Below are positions 11,875-23,844 of a DNA stretch of 59,008 nucleotides, piece after piece. Source of the DNA: a bacterium (GTDB lineage: Bacteria; SAR324; NAC60-12); contig CBDDTI010000352.1 of NCBI GenBank assembly GCA_965233585.1, positions 1 to 59,008 of the forward strand, written 5' to 3'. The notes beneath the pieces were generated by a model. The model was given only the letters and a program-made list of their open reading frames with translations. It did not search any database and had not been told where the DNA came from. The number at the start of each line of letters is the position of its first letter. The first letter of the stretch is position 1. The translations under genes and the position numbers were made by a program.

Positions 11875-13075
11875 GATACAAAATAGTATGGTTTGTTTGG
11901 GGGTACACTATTGTGTCCAGCTGCTTCCTGATGTGTTTTTTTAACAGTCTCTTTGCCTTTTCCTTTGCTATTATTTTTTATTTTCTCAATTAGTTTCTTT
12001 TATTTACAATTCTCAGAAATGCTCAATTTCTCGAAATGTATGATGCCTTATTAAAATCCAAAAAACATGACTCAAACAATTTTTCAAGAGGGTAGTCCAT
12101 GAGCAACCCTGATACACAATAGTATGGTTTGTTTGAGGGTACACTATTGTGTCCAGCTGCTTCCTGAGGTGATTCTGTTTTTTAACATTCCCTTTGCATT
12201 TTCCTTTGCTAAAGTTTATGTCTTTTATTTTCTCAATTACTTTCTTGTATTTAGAATTCTCAGAAATGCCTAATTTCCCAAAATATATGATGCCTTATTA
12301 AAACCCAATTAAAAACATCACTCAAACAATTTTTCAAGGGGGTAGTCCATGAGCAACCCTGATACACAATAGTATGGTTTGTTTGAGGGTACACTATTGT
12401 GTCCAGCTGCTTCCTGAGGTTATATTTTTTTAAGCATTTCCTTTCCCTTTTCCTTTACTAAAGTTTGTTTCCTTTTACTTAGCTTCATTCTTCTTGGAAT
12501 CAAAACCAAAGGCTTTCCAAAGGATGAGTTTCAGCCAACCAAAAAAAACATGAATGATCCTGATACACAATAGTATGGTTTGTTTGAGGGTACACTATTG
12601 TGTCCAGCTGCTTCCTGAGGTGATTTTGTTTTTTTAACATTCCCTTTACATTTTCCTTTGCTAACGTTTATGTCTTTTATTTTCTCAATTACTTTCTTGT
12701 ATTTAGAATTCTCAGAAATGCCTAATTTCCCAAAATATATGATGCCTTATTAAAACCCAATTAAAAACATCACTCAAACAATTTTTCAAGGGGGTAGTCC
12801 ATGAGCAACCCTGATACACAATAGTATGGTTTGTTTGAGGGTACACTATTGTGTCCAGCTGCTTCCTGAGGTTATATTTTTTTCAAGCATTTCCTTTCCC
12901 TTTTCCTTTGCTAAAGTTTGTTTCCTTTTACTTAGCTTCATTCTTCTTGGAATCAAAACCAAAGGCTTTCCAAAGGATCAGTTTTAGCCAAGCAAAAAAA
13001 ACATGAATGATCCTGATACACAATAGTATGGTTTGTTTGAGGGTACACTATTGTGTCCAGCTTCTTCCTGAGGTG
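11875..13075. repeat. Array of 6 hairpin repeats
   Basis: Same core as 5099-6095. Confidence 0.9.
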
Positions 13076-13756
13076 AAAAAACAATCATCCATCCAAGTAA
13101 TTATTTTAAAGAATATCAAATCTAAATTGATTCACATCTGCTAAATTCAATCTTAGTCCATGCTGCTAAGTTCAATCTCAGTAATTAATTAAGTATCTTA
13201 GTGCTTGCAACTCTACCCAACCCCATCACTTTCCCAGCCATCTTTTGCCAGTGTGTCCTGCTGATAGTCACATGCTGAGACATTCAAAAATCATTAAGCC
13301 TTGCTTAGCTCAATGTAAAAAACAATCACTCAAGCTTGCTGAAGACCTTAATGCTGAGTGAGGTAGGCAGAATGCTGAGGTCCTGTCAGGGACAAGAAAC
13401 TGATAGCAAAACTGAAAGACCCATTATTTGACACTAAACTCAGTGATGTTAATGTCCAACATTACCCATTACTTATGCTAAAGTAATCAATTAATTAACT
13501 AAATAATTGATTAATTATTAATTAATTCATTAATTAGTTAATTAAGTAATTAACTAATTAATTAATTAATTAATCAATTATTCTAAACTGCAACAACAAC
13601 CAGCAGCAGTGGCAAAACCACCCACATCACTTCAGAGGTGCACTCATTTTTTCTGCCAGCTAAGTAATTCTTCACAATGCCTCTGGTATAATTACTCAGG
13701 AAGTGACTGCTTCTAATTAACTATATATCTGCTCAGCAGACATGCACCTGAGTTAA

Positions 13757-14489
13757 TTATACATCCACAACTTCCTTCACTGAGTCCTGAGGCTTGTGAT
13801 CAATCTGAGGAGATTTTTGCATCAGCTGTTTGACATCCAGTTCACTCATTTGATGAGTTTCCATGAACTTTCTCAGAGCTTCCTTATTCACAAGATCCTG
13901 AGACAGCTTCTGCTCCCAGTACAACTGAGCTCTTTTCACATTCAGTTGAAGCTCAGCATGCAAAGCCCTGAGCTCACCTTGCTCCTCTTCCATTTTCTTA
14001 GCATCTTTCCTGAGCCTAAGCATTGTGAGCTCCTGAGATTCAAGTGCCTGCTCAAGTAGAAGAATCTTGGACTTCATGTCCTCAATCAGGTCAGGTACAT
14101 TGTCCAAGTCACTGAGCTTCTGATCTGATTCTGAGTTGTCCAGGAGCTTGTCAATCTCATTGATGTTCAGCTTTTGGAGCTCAGACTTGACATAGCCCTG
14201 AGCATCATTGGCAGTCCTGATAGGCTGAGGCTTCCAAACTGAGCTTCTCTGCATATTTGATAAAGCAGCATCTAGCACATCGAAGGGCTGATGAGGTCTG
14301 CCTGAGCCCTTCCCTGTTGATGAAGAAGCAGTTGCTGCTGAGAATCCAGCTGGTGCATCAGGCTCAGGAGGCTTGAACTGAGCTTGTCTGAACTGAGGAG
14401 CTACAAATGCACCCCAAGGCAATGGGTCCATTCTGAGCACCTCAGTGTAATATCTTTGAACCACTTCCTGAGACCAGCCATTGTGTTCC
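13757..14489 (-). CDS. Module 4 coiled-coil protein exon (GWSQEVVQRYYTEVLRMDPLPW...)
   Basis: 235-aa ORF with the paralog motif conserved; starts after CCCTGCAG|G. Confidence 0.65.
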
Positions 14490-14559
14490 TGCAGGGTTGC
14501 AAATGGTGTCCATGAAAAAATGACAACTATATCAGTTAATTAATGCTCATTGTCCTATG

Positions 14560-14913
14560 CTAAAACACACACACCAACAAAAAAAAAATCATCCATTTGT
14601 TCAACCCAGGCACATGGCATTCTCTACATCCTGATTGCCAGGGAATTCTGCTGAGGAAGACTGTGTGGCCATTGCCACAGTCAACCTTAGGCTCCCTAAG
14701 GTATCTAGGATACTCCACAATGTTTTCTGAGTCCAAGTTGTTGAAGAGTGCTAAGCATGAGGGTTCCTGAGGTGGATCATTGGACTGAAGCTGGTAGCGC
14801 CCTTGGCCACCCCTCTGAGTCCACAAAACTCCATCTGGCACCTCAGCAGGCTTCTCTTCAAACATAGGATGAGGTTTGCCTGAGCCTCTCCCATGATAGT
14901 CAAAGAAAGACAT
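14560..14913 (-). CDS. Module 4 Zn-ribbon-like protein
   Basis: YPRYLREPKVDCGNGHTVFLSRIPWQSGCREC; TCAGCCATG start. Confidence 0.7.
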   Translation of the reverse strand: MSFFDYHGRGSGKPHPMFEEKPAEVPDGVLWTQRGGQGRYQLQSNDPPQEPSCLALFNNLDSENIVEYPRYLREPKVDCGNGHTVFLSRIPWQSGCRECHVPGLNKWMIFFLLVCVF

Positions 14914-15189
14914 GGCTGAGATGATATGGAGCAAAGGTTGATTAGTCCTTGCCCTTAGATTTGAGCCTTAAAAAGCTGAGGAATCACATAGACATGCACA
15001 AATATGAACATGCTACAACTTCATTGGTTAATTAATTAGCTAATTACTCAATTATAAGAAACTTAAACATGCATAAGCATGCTAATTAATTAATTAATTG
15101 ATTAATTAATTAATCAAAATTACCAAAAGTCTAAGATTATGTCCAAGCTGAGCACTAATCCCACACCACCAGAAACACCCTTCAGTCCT

Positions 15190-16002
15190 CTAGGGCTCTT
15201 CAGTCTTGGCCTTCTTGGACTTGGGCTCAGCATCTGAGGATGGATCTGATGCTGAATCATCACTGCTCATAGGCTGAGAGTCTAAGACCTGAGAATCATC
15301 AGCCAGCTCCTGGGACCCAAAGGGTGTATCTGATGGTGCTTCATCATCACTCCCCATAGGCTGAGAGTCTAAGACCTGAGAGTCCTTAGCCACCTCCATC
15401 ACCTCATCGTCAGGCTGTGCATTCAACTCCTTTTCCATATCCTGAAACTTGCTGAGGGTAGCATCAAATGTATCAGGTTTAGCAGGTTGGGCAGGCTGAG
15501 GAAGAGGGATACACTCTGAGCATCCTGAAGAGCTGTCTTGAGAATCCTAATCCATTGCCCCTGAGTGATCTTTGGGTAACCCTTGAAGTCTTTGAAGATC
15601 TGACTGAGTTCATTCCTGAAACTGAGCATCACCCAATCAGGCACAGCATCAGGATCCTCAAGCTGAACCAACTGCTGAGTGTAGTACTTCTGCAGCATGT
15701 CCACAAACTGTTCCTGAGAGCACCTGAGCTTCACCTTGATGTCAGCCATCTCAGCTGTCAGAGCCACCACCTTCATGGAGTTGCTTAAAGAACCACCCAA
15801 AAATAAAACTCATTGCTAATTAACCATTTCACTAATTAATTAATGGATTTCCCATTGGGAAACAAAAAAAACAAATCCAAGCCTTAGGGCTCAAAGAGAA
15901 TTTCTCCAGAGTCAGGATATTCCTGAGGTTGGAAAACCATTCCACAAGATGATAATTGTAGTCCTTCCTGAGCTTGTCCATCTCAGTGTTGAATTGCTCC
16001 AT
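15190..16002 (-). pseudogene. Module 4 probable two-exon helical protein with acidic SQ tail and KKAK end; 16-bp deletion near 15518
   Basis: Second exon intact in copy 51519..52145; tail DDSASDPSSDAEPKSKKAKT shared with the module 2 ORF. Confidence 0.55.
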
Positions 16003-16339
16003 GGCTGAGCTGATGGGATGCAAAGAAGCTGGCTAGAATGGGCTTGAGCCTTCACAAGCAAAGAAATAAATCCTCCCATGTGAGATGAAAATTGATTGAA
16101 ATCAAATGAAAAGCAATTCCTTGTTAATTAATAAATTAAGTTGAAATCAATTCAAAGTAAAGTGAAAATCAATTGAAAAACAATTTAATTAAACAAATTG
16201 AAAATCAATCGAAATTAATTTGAAATCATTTGAAATCAATTGAACATCAGTTGAAAATGAATTGAAATCAATTGAAATCAAAAACAAAGGCTTTCCAAAG
16301 GATGAGTTTCAGCCAAGCAAAAAAACATGAATGATCATA

Positions 16340-17955
16340 ATACACAATAGTATGGTTTGTTTGAGGGTACACTATTGTGTCCAGCTGCTTCCTGAGGTTA
16401 TGTTTTTTTTCAAGCATTTCCTTTCCCTTTTCATTTACTAAAGTTTGTTTCCTTTTACTTAGCTTCATCCTTCTTGGAATCAAAACCAAAGGCTTTCCAA
16501 AGGATCAGTTTTAGCCAAGCAAAAAAAACATGAATGATCCTGATACACAATAGTATGGTTTGTTTGAGGGTACACTATTGTGTCCAGCTGCTTCCTGAGG
16601 TGATTTTGTTTTTTAACATTCCCTTTACATTTTCCTTTGCTAAAGTTTGTTTCCTCTTACTTAGCTTCATTTTTCTTGGAATCAAAACCAAAGGCTTTCT
16701 AAAGGATTAGTTTCAGCCAAGCAAAAAAAACATGAATGATCATGATACACAATAGTATGGTTTGTTTGAGGGTACACTATTGTGTCCAGCTGCTTCCTGA
16801 GGTGATTTTGTTTTTTTAACATTCCCTTTGCATTTTCCTTTGCTAAAGCTTTTTTATTTTCTCAATTAGTTTCCTTTTATTTAGAATTCTCAGAAATGCA
16901 CAATTTCCCAAAATATTTAATGCCTTATTAAAACCCAATTAAAAAACATGACTCCAACAATTTTTCAAGGGGGTAGTCCATGAGCAACCCTGATACACAA
17001 TAGTGTGGTTTGTTTGGGGGTACACTATTGTGTCCAGCTGCTTCCTGAGGTGATTGTTTTTTTTCAACCATTTCCTTTTCTTTTTCCTTTGCTAAAGTTT
17101 GTTTCCTTTTACTTAGCTTCATTTTTCTTGGATTCAAAACCAAAGGCTTTCCAAAGGATTAGTTTCAGCCAAGCAAAAAAAACTTGAATGATCATGATAC
17201 ACAATAGTATGGTTTGTTTGAGGGTACACTATTGTGTCCAGCTGCTTCCTGAGGTGATTTTGTTTTTTTAACATTCCCTCTACATTTTCCTTTGCTAAAG
17301 CTTTTTTTATTTTCTCAATTAGTTTCTTTTATTTAGAATTCTCAGAAATGCACAATTTCCCAAAATATATGATGCCTTATTAAAACCCAATTAAAAAACA
17401 TGACTCAAACACTTTTTCAAGGGGGTAGTCCATGAGCAACCCTGATACACAATAGTGTGGTTTGTTTGGGGGTACACTATTGTGTCCAGCTGCTTCTTGA
17501 GGTTATTTTTTTTTTCCAACCATTTCCTTTTCCTTTTTCTTTGCTAAAGTTTGTTTCCTTTTACTTAGCTTCATTTTTCTTGGAATCAAAACCAAAGGCT
17601 TTCCAAAGGATTAGTTTCAGCCAAGCAAAAAAAACATGAATGATCATGATACACAATAGTATGGTTTGTTTGAGGGTACACTATTGTGTCCAGCTGCTTC
17701 CTGAGGTGATTTTGTTTTTTAACATTTCCTTTACATTTTCCTTTGCTAAAGCTTTTTTATTTTCTCAATTAGTTTCTTTTATTTAGAATTCTCAGAAATG
17801 CACAATTTCCCAAAACATATGATGCCTTATTAAAACCCAATTAAAAAACATGACTCAAACAATTTTTCAAGGTGGTAGTCCATGAGCAACCTTGATACAC
17901 AATAGTGTGGTTTGTTTGGGGGTACACTATTGTGTCCAGCTGCTTCCTGAGGTGA
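16340..17955. repeat. Right subterminal array of 8 hairpin repeats
   Basis: Same core with mostly alternating ~200/~250-bp periods. Confidence 0.9.
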
Positions 17956-17969
17956 TTGTTTTTTTCTTT

Positions 17970-18744
17970 TACTTGAAAGTAAATTGAAATCAATTGCAAG
18001 TAAATTGAAATCAATTGAAATTGAAATCAATTGAAAGTAAATTGAAAGCAATTGAAAGTAAATTGAAATCAGTTGAAAGTAAATTGAAATCAATTGAAAG
18101 TAAATTGAAATCAATTGAAAGTAAATTGAAATCAATTGAAAATAAATTGAAATCAATTGAAAGTAAATTGAAATCAATTTAAATTGAAATCAATCGAAAG
18201 TAAATTGAAATCACTTGAAAGTAAATTGAAATCAATTCGAAACAAATTCAAATCAATTGAAAGTAAATTGAAATCAATTCAAAATAAATTGAAATCAATT
18301 GAAAGTAAATTGAAATCAATTGAAAGTAATTTGAAATCAATTCAAAATAAATTCAAATCAATTGAAAGTAAATTGAAATCAATTGAAAGTAAATTGAAAT
18401 CAATTGAAAATAAATTGAAATCAATTGAAAGTAATTTGAAATCAATTCAAAATAAATTCAAATCAATTGAAAGTAAATTGAAATCAATTGAAAGTAAATT
18501 GAAATCAATTCAAAATAAATTCAAATCAATTGAAAGTAAATTGAAATCAATTCAAAGTAAATTGAAATCAATTGAAAATAAATTCAAATCAATTGAAAGT
18601 AAATTGAAATCAATTGAAAATAAATTCAAATCAATTGAAAGTAAATTGAAATCAATTGAAAATAAATTCAAATCAATTGAAAGTAAATTGAAATCAATTC
18701 AAAATAAATTCAAATCAATTGAAAGTAAATTGAAATCAATTTAA
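17970..18744. repeat. 21-bp tandem satellite (GAAAGTAAATTGAAATCAATT)n, roughly 35-37 copies
   Basis: Directly visible; explains the spurious KLKSIES and ISIYFQL ORFs. Confidence 0.95.
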
Positions 18745-18835
18745 ATCTATTTTTTTTTTGATTTTACACTATTCTGTACCCGGTACCTTGGTTTTTCCAC
18801 ACTATTCTGTAACCAAAATTTGTTTGGGGGGGGCC

Positions 18836-18861
18836 TCCCCACACTAATCAGTAACCAACAT
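18836..18861. repeat. Right terminal inverted repeat (26 bp), followed by TA (18862-18863)
   Basis: Reverse complement ATGTTGGTTACTGATTAGTGTGGGGA matches 21257-21282 at 25/26 positions. Confidence 0.9.
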
Positions 18862-18863
18862 TA

Positions 18864-21254
<2,391 letters not shown>

Positions 21255-21256
21255 TA

Positions 21257-21282
21257 ATGTTGGATACTGATTAGTGTGGGGA
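21257..21282. repeat. Left terminal inverted repeat (26 bp), preceded by TA (21255-21256)
   Basis: ATGTTGGATACTGATTAGTGTGGGGA, 25/26 identical to the reverse complement of 18836-18861. Confidence 0.9.
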
Positions 21283-21369
21283 TACACTATTGTGTCCACA
21301 GACCTCAAAATTATTCTGTAACTCTGGAAATGATGGAGGGGTACACTATTGTGTCCACAGGATTTTGGT

Positions 21370-21660
21370 GTAAGTTTTTTTTTCATTTTTTTTGTTTTTT
21401 AGTTTTTAATTGTTTTTTATTTTATTTTAAAATTTTAAAATATTTTTTATTTTTATTTTTAATTATAATAATTTTTAATTTAATTATTTTTTATTTTATT
21501 TTAAATTATTTTTTATTTTTATTTTTAATTAATTAATTATAATAATTTTTAATTTAATTATTTTTTATTTTATTTTAAATTATTTTTTATTTTTATTTTT
21601 AATTATAAAAATTTTTAATTTAATTATTTTTATTTTTAATTATATATTTTTTATTATTTT
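21370..21660. repeat. Almost pure A/T low-complexity tract inside the left end, with an internal ~67-bp duplication
   Basis: TTTTTAATTTAATTATTTTTTATTTTATTTTAAATT recurs. Confidence 0.85.
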
Positions 21661-21810
21661 GTAAAATTGTGTCAGGATACACAATTGTGTCTTGGTCTTT
21701 TTTTTGTTCAAACATTTTTCATTTTTTCATATGTTTAAAGCTTTTTCCTTTTACTTTTTATTTTCCATCATTGAAATTTTCCAGATGCCTTCCACAGAAA
21801 AATACATCCA

Positions 21811-23745
21811 GGTACAAAATAGTGTGGTTTGTTTGGAGGGTACACTATTGTGTCCAGCTGCTTTCCTGAGGTCATGATTTTTTGTTTTTTTTCAATCATT
21901 TCCTTTACCTTTTCCTTTGCTAGCTAAAGTGTTTTCCTTTTAATTAATTCCTTTCTTAGTTTCTTTCATTTGAAATTCTCAGAAATGACCAGTTTCCCAA
22001 AATATATGATGCCTTATTAAAACCCAATAAAAAAACATCACTCAAACAATTTTTCAAGGGGGTAGTCCATGAGCAACCCTGGTACACAATAGTGTGGTTT
22101 GTTTGAGGGTACACTATTGTGTCCAGCTGCTTTCCTGAGGTCATGATTTTTTTGATTTTTTCAATCATTTCCTTTACCTTTTCCTTTGCTAGCTAAAGTG
22201 TTTTCCTTTTAATTAATTCCTTTCTTAGTTTCTTTCATTTGAAATTCTCAGAAATGACCAGTTTCCCAAAATATATGATGCCTTATTAAAACCCAATTAA
22301 AAAACATCACACAAACAATTTTTCAAGGGGGTAGTCCATGAGCAACCCTGATACACAATAGTGTGGTTTGTTTGGAGGGTACACGATTGTGTCCAGCTGC
22401 TTCCTGAGGTCATGATTTTTTTGATTTTTTCAATCATTTCCTTTACCTTTTCCTTTGCTAGCTAAAGTGTTTTCCTTTCAATTAATTTATTTCTTAGTTT
22501 CTTTCATTTGAAATTCTCAGAAATGACCAGTTTCCCAAAATATATGATGCCTTATTAAAACCAAATTAAAAAACATCACACAAACAATTTTTCAAGGGGG
22601 TAGTCCATGAGCAACCCTGATACAGAATAGTGTGGTTTGTTTGGAGGGTACACTATTGTGTCCAGCTGCTTCCTGAGGTCATGATTTTTTTGATTTTTTC
22701 AATCATTTCCTTTACCTTTTCCTTTGCTAGCTAAAGTGTTTTCCTTTTAATTAATTCCTTTCTTAGTTTCTTTCATTTGAAATTCTCAGAAATGACCAGT
22801 TTCCCAAAATATATGATGCCTTATTAAAACCCAATTAAAAAACATCACACAAACAATTTTTCAAGGGGGTAGTCCATGAGCAACCCTGATACACAATAGT
22901 GTGGTTTGTTTGAGGGTACACGATTGTGTCCAGCTGCTTCCTGAGGTCATGATTTTTGATTTTTTCAATCATTTCCTTTACCTTTCCCTTTGCTAGCTAA
23001 AGTGTTTTCCTTTTAAATAATTCCTTTCTTAGTTTCTTTCATTTGAAATTCTCAGAAATGACCAGTTTCCCAAAATATATGATGCCTTATTAAAACCCAA
23101 TAAAAAAAACATCACTCAAACAATTTTTCAAGGGGGTAGTCCATGAGCAACCCTGACACAGAATAGTCTGGTTTGTTTGGAGGGTACACTATTGTGTCCA
23201 GCTGCTTCCTGAGGTCATGATTTTTTTGATTTTTTCAATCATTTCCTTTACCTTTTCCTTTGCTAGCTAAAGTGTTTTCCTTTTAAATAATTCCTTTCTT
23301 AGCTTCTTTCATTTGAAATTCTCAGAAATGACCAGTTTCCCAAAATATATGATGCCTTATTAAAACCCAATAAAAAACATCACTCAAACAATTTTTCAAG
23401 GGGGTAGTCCATGAGCAAGCCTGATACACAATAGTGTGGTTTGTTTGAGGGTACACTATTGTGTCCAGCTGCTTTCCTGAGGTCATGATTTTTTTGATTT
23501 TTTCAATCATTTCCTTTACCTTTTCCTTTGCTAGCTAAAGTGTTTTCCTTTCAATTAATTTCTTAGTTTCTTTCATTTGAAATTCTCAGAAATGACCAGT
23601 TTCCCAAAATATATGATGCCTTATTAAAACCCAATTAAAACACATCACCCAAACAATTTTTCAAGGAGGTAGTCCATGAGCAACCCTGATACACAATAGT
23701 GTGGTTTGTTTGAGGGTACACTATTGTGTCCAGCTGCTTCCTGAA
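21811..23745. repeat. Left subterminal array of 8 hairpin repeats with a ~269-bp period
   Basis: Cores near 21811, 22081, 22350, 22619, 22888, 23155, 23423 and 23688. Confidence 0.92.
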
Positions 23746-23844
23746 GAGATTTTCTAGCACTGACTCAATTATATCAGAATGAAAGTGAAAGCCACTGAGT
23801 TTTTATCAGTGCAAAGCTGCAAATCACTCACTCTCAGTAGAGCT

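Larger units (their letters stand above)
1..18861 (-). mobile_element. Right-hand part of a giant pogo-like TIR DNA transposon (cargo modules 1-4, subterminal satellite, right TIR)
   Basis: Ends in TCCCCACACTAATCAGTAACCAACAT followed by TA; composition switches abruptly from CpG-free to CpG-normal at 18862; sequence is collinear with 30368-35640 and 36316-55150 of the second element. Confidence 0.85.

Noticed and set aside
17830..18744. ORFs KLKSIES... (+) and ISIYFQL... (-)
   Set aside because: Translations of the stop-free 21-bp satellite
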